From NCBI GenBank assembly GCA_002256025.1, contig NKIB01012547.1, positions 1 through 64,000 of the forward strand: a stretch of 64,000 nt of DNA, written 5' to 3'. The position numbers and the translations under genes were made by a program. This document shows positions 12,033 through 22,572 of this stretch, piece by piece (position 1 is the stretch's first letter; each line of letters opens with the position of its first letter). This DNA is from Asterionella formosa (Eukaryota). The notes under the pieces were generated by a model. The model was not told the DNA's origin. It ran no database searches and saw nothing but the letters and a program-made list of their open reading frames with translations.

Positions 12033-13181
12033 TTACGACGAGAGAGAGCGAACCTTGTCAGCAATTACCTTTTCTAGTTTTTCAGTCTCCCCAATAAAGG
12101 CGCGAATCCCTTCGGCCAATTTGTCATTGCCACAACCATCCATATTCATTTTGTATCGAAATTCTTTTTCCTCCATCATGCCACCACCCACCAACTCCAT
12201 TCCCGTTGACTTGGCACTCTCCACATCCAACTGTCGTAACAATGGTTCTTCAGAAGCAGCCAACTGTTCCAACAGCGTCGCTGGAATCGTCATACGGTCT
12301 GTCCCTGCCAAGGCTCGAATCTCGTCCAAATCGAAGCCTGCACCCCGCGACGGTCTCCACGACGCCGGCATACAAATGGTGTCATGGTTAAAGCATTTGT
12401 AATAATGATACATGTTTTTGACAGCGATGACACCTTCATCTTGCTCTGGAGGAACCCCCTCCGTTCTGCGCTGCGAGTTCTTGTTCCAATCCAAAATCCT
12501 TCCTGGGAATGGTGAAATGAGATGTGCCCCATGTTGGGCACACGCAATAGCTTGAACAACAGAAAAAATGAGTGTTAAGTTGCATTGTATACCAAGTTTC
12601 TCCAGTTGCTCGGCTGCTAAAATTCCTTCCCAGGTAGCCGCAAGTTTGATCAAGACTCGTTCTTTCGGAATACCCAGAGCGGCGTACATGTCAATAATTC
12701 GTTTCCCTCGTTCGACACTGGCAACAGTGTCAAATGACAAGCGTGGATCGACTTCGGTACTAATATACCCGGGTACAATGGTTGCAATCGCCGCCCCCAA
12801 ATTCACTGCCAGACCATCAATGGCCAAGGCCACAGTCGAGGCTTCGTTTCCCAGCTTGGCATCGACAGCAGCTTGAACGGCATCGTCGACCAATTTGGCG
12901 TAGACAGGGTCTCCCGACAAACCGGCTTGAGAAACAAAGAGAGGATTCGTCGTAGCGTCAGTAATGTATCCAGTCTTGGCGTATTCCTTGATCACTTCCA
13001 AGTCGCCACTGTCTATGGAAAGAGTTGTCATACTGGCCAATTGTGCGAGTTGGGATGTGGCGGAGGCAGTCACGGCATGGAGGGTTGTTAAGGTCGGCTT
13101 GTGATGGGATACCCCAGCAAAGGCATTAGTGGGGCATACCCAAGAAGCAAGGAGCAGGAGAGCAGCGGCTTGGATCTTCAT
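12033..13181 (-). CDS. TAL: Transaldolase, plastid-targeted
   Basis: DSGD, DATTNP, STEVDPRLSFD, LIKLAATWEG (Schiff-base Lys), CNLTLIFS, ISPFPGRILDW. Presequence MKIQAAALLLLASWVCPTNA-F. Confidence 0.93.
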   Translation of the reverse strand: MKIQAAALLLLASWVCPTNAFAGVSHHKPTLTTLHAVTASATSQLAQLASMTTLSIDSGDLEVIKEYAKTGYITDATTNPLFVSQAGLSGDPVYAKLVDDAVQAAVDAKLGNEASTVALAIDGLAVNLGAAIATIVPGYISTEVDPRLSFDTVASVERGKRIIDMYAALGIPKERVLIKLAATWEGILAAEQLEKLGIQCNLTLIFSVVQAIACAQHGAHLISPFPGRILDWNKNSQRRTEGVPPEQDEGVIAVKNMYHYYKCFNHDTICMPASWRPSRGAGFDLDEIRALAGTDRMTIPATLLEQLAASEEPLLRQLDVESAKSTGMELVGGGMMEEKEFRYKMNMDGCGNDKLAEGIRAFIGETEKLEKVIADKVRSLSS

Positions 13182-13651
13182 CTTGCTGAATGGCAACGAT
13201 GACAAATTGATTGTTTGTGATGTTAGATTTATTTCCATATATTGTTTTTTTAGGGGGGGATACATAATGTACTACCGGTATGTATGTGACCGTGTGTACC
13301 TTTACGAGGTAGTCTACGGGTATGAAAATAAAAATAAAAATAAAACAACTACCGGTAGTCGATCATAATCTGTGACGATGTTTAAAAATCTATCGAAGAT
13401 TCAGGACCTCCCAATAATTTACTCTGTAGTACGGTGGTACGGAGTCCATGAGTTTTGTTGTCTAATATCGGGAAAAATTGACGGCTCCTCTGTGAGCGGT
13501 TGGATATGAACATATCATAGTACGCACTGACATCATTATCATCATAATTTAAGTGTGACAATACTTTTTAACAACATACCGGTAGTCGATTTTACCTGAA
13601 CCCTTCTAATATCGTTCTCTGCATCTTCATTAATTACATCAGTGTAATCAC

Positions 13652-14890
13652 ATGAATGATCTCAAAATGATAAAATTTGCCATTGTCGCGGTCTCTGCAG
13701 CTGCTTTCTGCCTGCCCAGCCCTTGTTCTTCCTTTCAGATACCGCACGTGTCCCCTGAGCGAGCCCCTCCTCAGCTAGCTGCTTGGACCGATGAAGTTAG
13801 CCGGCGCGACGCTCTAACTGCTACAGTCGTCACGGCGTCGGGGTTGATGCTTCCTAGATCCGCCGTTGCGGACGAAGCATCGCCACGAGTTCCCACGGTT
13901 CCCCTTGGGTCGTCGAACCTTCGAGTCAGTCGCACTATTCAAGGTTATTGGCAACTGGCGGGTGGTCACGGACGGTACACGGAGGCCGATGCGATTTCCA
14001 ATATGGAAGCCCATGCGAAGGCAGGCATGACCACGCTGGACACTGCAGACATCTACGGGCCCTCGGAAATAATCATGGGAAAATTCATCCAAAAAAATCC
14101 AACGGCCATTCCTTGCACCAAGTTTTGCTGTTTTCGTTACCTCGAAGAGATTGATCGAGCCGAAGTGAAGCTTCGTGTTCAGAAAGCGTGTGAACGTCTC
14201 CAAGTGGCAAAATTGCCGTTGGTGGCGTTTTTCTGGTCGAACTATGACGTGAAAAGGTACGTAGATGTGGCATTGTACTTGGCAGAACTGAAAGAAGAAG
14301 GGCTCATCGGGGAGATTGGGGCCACCAACTTTGATTTGAAGCGCTTGAAGGAACTAAAAGCTGCTGGTGTGCCGTTGGTATCGCATCAAGTTCAGCTATC
14401 TGCACTGGATCGACGACCTGTGCAATCAGGAATGGCGGATTGGTGTGCATCTAATGATGTATCCTTAATTGCGTTTGGAACTGTGGGGAGTGGAATTCTC
14501 AGTGACAAATATTTAGGGAAGGGGGCGCCAACGCAAGAAGAAAAGAATACTGCCAGTATGAGAATGTATAGTTCGACCGCCGCTCGGTTTGGGGACTGGA
14601 AGTTGGTTCAAGAGCTACTAAAAACAATGAACGCGATAGCTCAGGATGTTCGTTCAGATGGAAGGTGTGCGGAAGCCAATATAAGTAATATTGCACAGAG
14701 ATATGTGCTCGATACTCCGTCGGTGGCGTCCGTTTTGATCGGCGTTCGCAATCAAGATCATATTGAAGAAAACGTGAGAACCCATTCTTTTGAGCTCACT
14801 CAAGCAGAGAGGGATGCGATTGACAAAGTTGTGGAAAAGCGAAGCGGGCCAAGAGGTGATGTTTGGGATATTGAACGAGGCATTGTTTGA
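13652..14890 (+). CDS. Aldo/keto reductase family protein with plastid presequence and twin-arginine signal
   Basis: GYWQLAGGHG, DTADIYG, TKF, IGATNF, HQVQLS, VLIGVR. N-terminal signal peptide, then SRRDAL...AVA. Confidence 0.88.
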   Translation: MNDLKMIKFAIVAVSAAAFCLPSPCSSFQIPHVSPERAPPQLAAWTDEVSRRDALTATVVTASGLMLPRSAVADEASPRVPTVPLGSSNLRVSRTIQGYWQLAGGHGRYTEADAISNMEAHAKAGMTTLDTADIYGPSEIIMGKFIQKNPTAIPCTKFCCFRYLEEIDRAEVKLRVQKACERLQVAKLPLVAFFWSNYDVKRYVDVALYLAELKEEGLIGEIGATNFDLKRLKELKAAGVPLVSHQVQLSALDRRPVQSGMADWCASNDVSLIAFGTVGSGILSDKYLGKGAPTQEEKNTASMRMYSSTAARFGDWKLVQELLKTMNAIAQDVRSDGRCAEANISNIAQRYVLDTPSVASVLIGVRNQDHIEENVRTHSFELTQAERDAIDKVVEKRSGPRGDVWDIERGIV

Positions 14891-14957
14891 TCACGTAAAC
14901 GAGGTATCACGCAACTTCATCATATGTTAGATTTTCCCAAGTGCTACTCCCTCTACT

Positions 14958-17227
14958 CTACAACCAATCTTCGTCGTCGTAGTCATCTTCTTTTCTCTTG
15001 TTCACTATTCGCCCTTCAACAAGTGCCAATTCGGAAACAGTCCTTTCTGGATTAGGTATCATCGTGCTGGCACAACTCATGCCCGAGTCCCATGAGTCAA
15101 TTGATCCTCTTCTGCTCTTCTTCACTATCTTTGTGGGGGTTATGTCAGTGATCACTTGAGTTAATTCCTGGGAATCGTTGCTTTCATTCTCATCTGAATC
15201 GGACTCACTCTCCTTATCACCTGAGTCCTTAACCTTTTTCCTCTGACGAGTTCCATTACCCCGACTCTTGATATGTGCCGATTGGATGCAAACAAGTCGA
15301 AGCCGGCGCTCCAAAGCTGGTCCCAACGAACCCACTCGTATTGCCAACTGAGAGTCTCCGTTCTCAATCGACTCATCTTCCTTTTCCCATTCTCTGGCGG
15401 CCACCGAAACGACATCTTGAAACGTTTTATTTTTCGACTTGCACGTGATGCCAGCTAACGCTGCAGCCACTGATGGAATGTATCGGGTATCACGGACTGT
15501 CGTTTTCAGCTGATGACATGTCAACAGCAGTGCTGGATTAGTAATTTGCAAACTTCGAAGGCAAGCCGTAATGCCGCGTTCAAGAGCTTTGTCAATACTC
15601 TCATTGTTGAGAGGAAGTCGACCTTTGGATAGAGTTGGTAAAGGCAAAGTGGTTGGATCAGCGTTGATTTGAACCAAGAGGAGAATGTTGCCAAGGCGTA
15701 TGTGGGCAGGAAGTAGAATAACTTTCCTCTTGCCTTTTTGTTTTCTTTTATTCCTCGAATGAATGTTTTCGGTATCGTCGCGCCCACCAGAATCGTCTTC
15801 GCTTTCACTTTCCATATCCGAGCCATCTTCGAACCGGGAATGAGTGCCTCGTTCAAAGAAAGGTGCGACATGATCACTGTCCTTGACAGTAAAATATGGT
15901 ACAAAAGATCTTCCTTTATGTAACGCTTCTTTCCTAGCACGTTCATTAGACTTCGTAACATTGAGCCCAAAAGCATTCCAGATCGAAGCTCTGGACGTGA
16001 TACCTTGAACCAATCCACATGCACTCGCTTCCGCACTATCCAAAAGCGGTACACGATTCACCATTCGAATGAGCGCCATTGTGGCCGTTCGACTCTCCAG
16101 AGGAATCCAGTTATCACTCTCTGATTCGGAATCGTCGTCATTCTGATCTTCGTTTGGGGCGAAGACTACCATGTCTACTTCAAGTATCGGGTATCGACCA
16201 TTTACAGCAGGATTTCGAATGTTCTGTTGAGAATGCGCCACATTTTTCAGCTCAATTGACTTTCTTAAATATTCAGATGCAGCGATCTGTATCTCTTTAC
16301 GAGTCTCTTCTTCCTCCTTTGATTTTTGGGATTGTTTTTTGGGTGACGAGATGTGAATTGATTCGTTGTCACTTGTAATATTTTCATTCCAAGGTCTTTC
16401 GTGTGTGATTGTGTTCCACTTGGAGCGTCGTTCTTGTTGAGATTTGACAAATAAAGGCATAGTGGCAAGAACTGGTGCCTTCACTTCCAAGCTGCATTGT
16501 AGACCAAGACTTAATTGAAATCGAGAAAAGTATTCTGCGAGTCTGGGCCATGCTTGTTCTGATACTGCTCCACCCTGACATGGTTACGAATAGAAGTTCT
16601 CATGAGGTTCACAAATTCTTAAAAAAAAAATTCCGAATCCAAAAAACTTACAGGAATGAGAAGTTTCACAGCCGTACCGCTCTCTTTTGAAGCATTCTTC
16701 GGCAGCTTCTCTCGTTTGACGCATTGCACTTTGTCACCTTCTGTATCTACCACATAACTGGCCTTGACAAAATGCCTTTGCTTGGCAGTCGCAGAGGTAA
16801 TGGTAGCATAGTGGTTGGGAACCAATCGCTGTGCATGAAGCAAGCACAATGTGAGACCTATGCCATACCGACCAGCGGTCTTTTCTTCGTCCTTGCCCTG
16901 GGCTTTGCTGGTTCGAAAGGCTTCGACACAATCTTGAATGCTCAGCATGCCACTGCCGTTGTCCGTAACTGTCACTTCCAGCAAATATGAGTCATCATCA
17001 TCTGATGTCTTGTCTTCATTGACCCTCTCAATGGTAACACGAACTCGCTTTGCTTCAGTAGAACTTGATCGGCTGGAACTCGCAGAACATGCATCCACTG
17101 CATTGTCAACCAGCTCCTTGACAATTTGGGCAAAAGCATCACAATCTTGCTCGTCAATGGCGACTGAGCTGCTTTCACCACCAAATCCACCGAGACCAGG
17201 GTTGGACCGAAAAGCTCGTAGTGCCAT
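14958..17227 (-). CDS. DNA topoisomerase VI subunit B-like (GHKL + transducer); intron ~16575-16651
   Basis: GHKL motifs KELVDNAVDA, VTDNGSGM, TAGRYGIGL. Transducer-like LIRMVNRVPLL..ACGL. Exon 2 (GGAVSEQAWPRL...) joins ORF 16490-14958. Confidence 0.8.
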
Positions 17228-17924
17228 AATGGAATGAAAGTAAATGACGGCAAAAGGAAGATATCGGGGAGGCAATGTTGATGAATAAAAAGAATCACGT
17301 GAGGAAGGAAACGTGGTTCTTTGTGATTGTATCTCAAATAAATGTAGATCAGAGGAAGAAGTGACGGTAAAAGACGGTTCTTACTATGATAAAAAATCAG
17401 CTAAATGTCTACCGTATGCGGGTTTATCTCAACTGGCAGTACGGTACTGTACTGGCAGACGACATTCTTCTCCCTTTGCTTGGTGCAGATTTCTTTCTCC
17501 TTTCTTGTTTTGTTGTGCTGAGAGTCGAGTACGATTTTGGATTCGCTCGACCTAAAGTGAACTGTCGACCCGCCATCATCAGCCAGCAGCCAACATAAAA
17601 TACGACTCAAACAAACCAGTAAGAAGAATTGTTGCCACAAAAGCACACCGTCCCTCGCCTCGGTCACGAGGAAGATCTGTTCAAACGATGAATTACATCA
17701 TACTACATCCAGGTTACCAGTTACTCAGCTGGTGGTACTCAGGTTTTTGGTAGACTACTGGTACCCAGTTTCTGAAACCCAGTGGAGTACCAGGGTACCT
17801 GCGGTATTATGTCTACGAATACCCGTATGTATATTTCACCTATGGAATCATTTGTTTGCCGAATTTTATGACCACATTCTTAATAGGATTGTGTGCCAGT
17901 CGTTCAAACTACGATTCATTCGTT

Positions 17925-18936
17925 ATGAATATGGACGATCCAAACTCGAACTCAGATCCACTTTGTGGGGAGGAGGTAGAACGACAGTTGCAAGATCATG
18001 AAGCACCAGAGCGTACGAATTACTTCAAGTCTCGTGATTTTCTTGAGCTCGTGTACTGCGTGGTGTTTTTTGCGTTGTGTGTCAGTGTGAGCTCAGTGAA
18101 CACTGTTCATCAGCGTCCTATTCCCTTCCAGCTACTAGCCGATGGATCGTATGTCGAAAATCAGGTGAACTCACAGGATTTTACAGGCGAGACTATTCCT
18201 GGTAAGAGTCTACTTATAGGGTAATTGTTGTCGATCGGAAAAACGCTCGTGTTCTAATCACATTGTCCACGGGGCCACTCAGATTGGCTACTGATCCTCC
18301 TCGCGATCATTTTACCCCTTCTTTTACAGCTAGGCCTGAGTAAATTCTATGGATGTGTCGGTGACATGCATTCTACTGCGTGTGTTTATTTGATTGCATT
18401 AGGACTAACACTTCTGACCGTAGAGGTCGTGAAGCTCTATGTTGGCTACTTACGACCAATCTTCTACTCCTTGTGCGAGCCTTCAGCCGATTATTCAGCG
18501 TGCACGGCAGAAGGTAGTGATTCCGGGAGAAAATCGTTTCCATCTGGTCATGCTAGCACTGCTTTTTGTGGACTCTCGCTCTTGACCTTTTTCGTTCAAC
18601 ATCGATTTGGTGTACCATCGCAGCCTACCGTGATTGTTCAATATCCAGATGGTCGTTTTGTGTTGAAATATACGAATGGCCCACCACGAAAAGCCCGTGT
18701 TTACTCAATTCTTTCTCTGGCTCCAATGGCACTGGCAACCTTTATTGCTGCCTCTCGAGTATACGACAATAAGCACTTTCCAGCAGATGTCGTTGGTGGA
18801 GCAGTCTTGGGAACGGCATTGTCAGTCTTTTCTCATTCACTCTGGTACGTAAACGTTCAGTCCTGGCGATTCAAATTCGTTTTACTGTTATCTCACTTCT
18901 TACTTTCTTCTTAGGTTTCCATCTTTGCCGATGTAG
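17925..18936 (+). CDS. PAP2 lipid phosphate phosphatase, 3 exons
   Basis: Catalytic motifs KLYVGYLRP, SFPSGH, SRVYDNKHFPADV; introns ~18202-18282 and ~18846-18914. Confidence 0.9.
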
Positions 18937-19616
18937 GGCATTGATAATAATCTGTGTCTGTTGTGTTAACGAAGGTTTACCAGGAATTGCGCTATGGTCG
19001 GTCTACTGAGTGTTTCCAAGTCTTGTATCTCGCTGATGATTCGAGAGAAAAAGAAAGGAGCGTGAAGGAAGACTGCCGGTAGAGTACTGGTAGATCTATA
19101 GTCATACATGCTCATTTATTATAGTTCACCACTTGCAGGTATCTTTGCTAGAGTGAGAGTGACTGTTGTACTGGTACAAGGTAGAACCTGGGAAAAGAGT
19201 AACGGTACTCAAGTACAGTTTTTGGTACCTGGTACTATCAGGTTTTACTAAATAACTGTGTGAGTACCTGTGACCCTGTCTATTGAAGCCCCTCAAGTCT
19301 CGAAAAGATCCCTGCATTTTTTATGTAGATACTACGCACTGATGATGAACAGATGAAGCATACCATTATATTAGACTTGTCGCTACCGGTTGTCAAGTGG
19401 GAATTGATTTAAAAGCAAAATATCCCTTTTTGGAATACAGAATAATGGTGCATGGCGTCGATTTCACAATGTATACTCTATTGCCACATCTATACAGGAC
19501 ACATGTGAAGTGAGTGCCCTGCAGTGAAGAAATGACAAGCAAACTTTATGCAATAAGCAAATTTAAAACAAGATTCTAGAAGGTTTACAAAACAATCGGC
19601 ATGTAGGAGATATCAC

Positions 19617-20630
19617 CTACTGGATCAAAGCTTCAGCTCTTAACAAATCATCAGCAGTTCCATAGAATGCCAACTGTGAAACACCAGGGCGGGTTCCTTT
19701 CTCCATGCTTGTTAGTTCGTCAAAAAGTGTGGTAGATCGAATCGTTGGCTGCAATGGTAAACGGGTACTGGCGCCGCTGGCCTCACGGAGTCGATTATAG
19801 CTTGTCATAGCATCAGCCTTTTCCAGAAACAAGGGGAGTTGCACTCCCTTCGATCCTTGAAACGCCAGCTTGTCAGCCACAAACAGGGGTATATCACCAT
19901 CAAGAACCTCCATTTTCATTTCAGCTGCATCCTTCATTGCTTGTTTCGATGGAATGAGCCTATATTGTTTACTGTTGCCGGCCCCTTGACCTTGCCTATT
20001 AATTTCGTCCTCGGCCTGCTGAACTTCAAAAGGCGGTGGAGACATTCGCATGCGACCACGTTTCAGTACTAATGGGTAAGTGACTTGATCCAAGGTGGTT
20101 GCCTTCACAGCACCACGTTCCGCGGCGGCCGCTTGAGCGTCATCATACGTCATGAACAAATCTGTTTTCATTGATCCATCGTCGTTGGTGAGGTAAAATA
20201 CTGGAATTGAATTGAGCTTCTCTTGAATAGACCCTCTCGATAGGCGATACTTGTCACTCTCAAAGTTAGCAAACTTTCCTGGAGTATCTTGCCTGGTCAC
20301 CACAGAGTCTGCGAGTCCCATTGGTGCTTCCTTTCCTCCCAAGAAAGGGAAGAAGGACGTCGACACAAACAGTACAACAATGAAAAGTCCAGCAATGGAT
20401 GCCAATATCCCAGAGCCTTCGCCTTCCCGAGACATGCAGAGAATAAGGGGACGCGCGGTTGGCAACTTGTTGACGTCCGAAGATCCAAAATGCCGATTGT
20501 TTGCAAATCGTTTTCGAGAATTGGGTGCCATGAACGTCGGAGTGAAGCTATCAGCACTCCGCGTAACTAGCGCGAGAGCCACAAAAAGGGAGAGCACGAT
20601 GACATGATTGCAGCAGCAGGGGCGCACCAT
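19617..20630 (-). CDS. Tic22-like plastid protein with an N-terminal hydrophobic helix
   Basis: Signal peptide ending ADS-F, then IQEKLNSIPVFYLTN..G, IPLF and LPLFLEKAD, resembling Tic22 family motifs. Confidence 0.6.
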   Translation of the reverse strand: MVRPCCCNHVIVLSLFVALALVTRSADSFTPTFMAPNSRKRFANNRHFGSSDVNKLPTARPLILCMSREGEGSGILASIAGLFIVVLFVSTSFFPFLGGKEAPMGLADSVVTRQDTPGKFANFESDKYRLSRGSIQEKLNSIPVFYLTNDDGSMKTDLFMTYDDAQAAAAERGAVKATTLDQVTYPLVLKRGRMRMSPPPFEVQQAEDEINRQGQGAGNSKQYRLIPSKQAMKDAAEMKMEVLDGDIPLFVADKLAFQGSKGVQLPLFLEKADAMTSYNRLREASGASTRLPLQPTIRSTTLFDELTSMEKGTRPGVSQLAFYGTADDLLRAEALIQ

Positions 20631-21263
20631 GGTCAATAACTTTGCCAAGAATGTGCGCTTCTATGATATCAACACGGTAGATATTCATAAACTACCGGTT
20701 AACATACCGGGAGACTACCGGTATGTAATCTAGCGGTAGTCAAAATTCTAAGTTGAGATGATCCACATACTTTGTCGTTCATAGGTACCTGGTACTTAAA
20801 TATGTATGTATGATCATGATACCATCAGTATTTCATTTCATGTCCAAGATGATGGCCACAATGCTGGACCTTCTGTACGTACAAAATAAATATACACACA
20901 TATAATAGGTATAGTACCTGGTACCAATACTACCGGTATATAATTATCATCGATGATTCCCTGAGGTACTGACTGGTAGCTGGAATAGTACCTGGTATCT
21001 ATATCAGGGGGTACCTGGTACCCTGGCAGGGTTTACCGGGGGGGGGACCACCTATTCATACTGGAAAATGTTTATTGAAAATAGACCCTATGTTGAACTC
21101 CAAAATGATCCAGGAAAGACCCCAGACACACATCGCTTCGGGCTCCTTCCTTCTTGTTGCTTTCATGACACCTGCGTGCATGGTGGCTGTTTGATTCAAA
21201 TGGTTGACGTCATACTGTCAAGCTACGGGAGAAGACCAGACTACCTGGTACCAGAAATCGATA

Positions 21264-21363
21264 CCAGCAAGTTGCGGTACATAATAGTGCTGGAACTAAA
21301 AGTTTAGTTTTCTTTATCCCATATTAAATTATTTGTTTAAGCAAAATGACCGCAACTTACAGG
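21264..21363 (+). mobile_element. MITE copy 1 (Tc1/mariner-like, TA target)
   Basis: TA|CCAGCAAGTTGCGGTAC...GCAAAATGACCGCAACTTACAGG|TTA; terminal inverted repeats; homologous to the copies at 44664 and 44863. Confidence 0.75.
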
Positions 21364-21693
21364 TTACCACAGCGTGGATACGTAGTATATAATTTTAGCG
21401 GTGGTTTCCAATGGTGTACCGGTATATGAAGTACAACGCCGCGCATTAGGAAGTATTGGAATGCACTATGGCTACCGGTATGTGGCTGAGTTCAAACGGT
21501 CGCTAACCGCATCTGACAATACTTCGGGGTAACAAAAAACGCGTGAGGTCCATCGTCTGTCTATCCGTCCACCCAAACTTACCTCTTACCTGTTTTCCAT
21601 CAAAATCCACTCTCCTGCTCTCGTATCCCGACAATCAAATCCACCGCAAGTGTGCATTCTCCTTGTCCATCCAAGCTAATCCTATTTATCAAG

Positions 21694-22481
21694 ATGAGCA
21701 CTCAGAAGATCCGAAAAGCTAGTGGTGTGAGTAGAGTGTAATTCTGTTAACTAACTGCACGGTTTTGTGGGAAAAGAGCAAGCGGAATGAGTTTATCAAT
21801 GTGAAAGCGTCCATACCTTTGCGCCTTTTTTGTTGCCACTCCCTTGTGGGTTGTGAGACAGCCACGACAACCCTCTACACCGATATTGATCAACGTGCGA
21901 AGATGATTAAAAAAGTGGTGCTGACACCCTTTTCTCTTTGCCCATGACAGGAACCCGATGAGTTTGAGGCCTCGGTTGCCCAGGAGCTCCTCAACCTTGA
22001 GATGACGTCAACGGAACTCAAGGCATCCCTTCGTGATTTGTACATAACTGCGGCCAAGGATGTTGACTGTGGTAACGGCAAGAAGGCTATCATTATCTAC
22101 GTTCCATTTAAACTGTTGACGTCGTTCAACAAGATTCAAATGAGACTTGTTCGCGAATTGGAAAAGAAGTTTTCTGGACGTCACGTCATTATTGTTGCAC
22201 AAAGAACTATCTTGGGCAAGACTTATGCTCGCGACCAAAAGACGAAAGGACCCCGTCCTCGTTCCCGCACTCTTACTGCCGTGCAGGATGCCATCTTGGA
22301 CGACATTGTTTACCCTACCGAGATTGTTGGAAAGCGCACCCGCGTAAAGGTTGATGGCAAGAGAATCATGAAGGTGTTTCTTGACAGCAAGGACCAGGCC
22401 AATGTCGAAGGAAAACTCGAGACCTTTGCCGCTGTGTATGGAAAGCTGACCAACAAGCAAGTTTCATTCTCCTTCCAGTAA
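21694..22481 (+). CDS. RPS7: 40S ribosomal protein S7 (eS7); intron 21727-21950
   Basis: [28 protein letters not shown]...[12 protein letters not shown]...[10 protein letters not shown]...VYGKLTNK. Confidence 0.97.
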
Positions 22482-22572
22482 GCGGATAAGTAATTAAGCA
22501 AAGCGACCAAACCATCAGCGACGACGTTTTACATTTGTTTACACCCCTATTGTATATTTACTATTCTGTACA

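Noticed and set aside
19030..19075. U3 snoRNA (TGATGA and GAGCGTGAAG boxes)
   Set aside because: Boxes are in the wrong order, with no A/A' boxes or terminal D box.
21790..21930. RNase MRP/P RNA in the RPS7 intron (AGCG-T-CCA can pair with TGGTGCT)
   Set aside because: Bulge position and CR-I/CR-V spacing are non-canonical, and the 3' half doubles as the branch point. U17/snR30 m1 and m2 motifs were also not seen.
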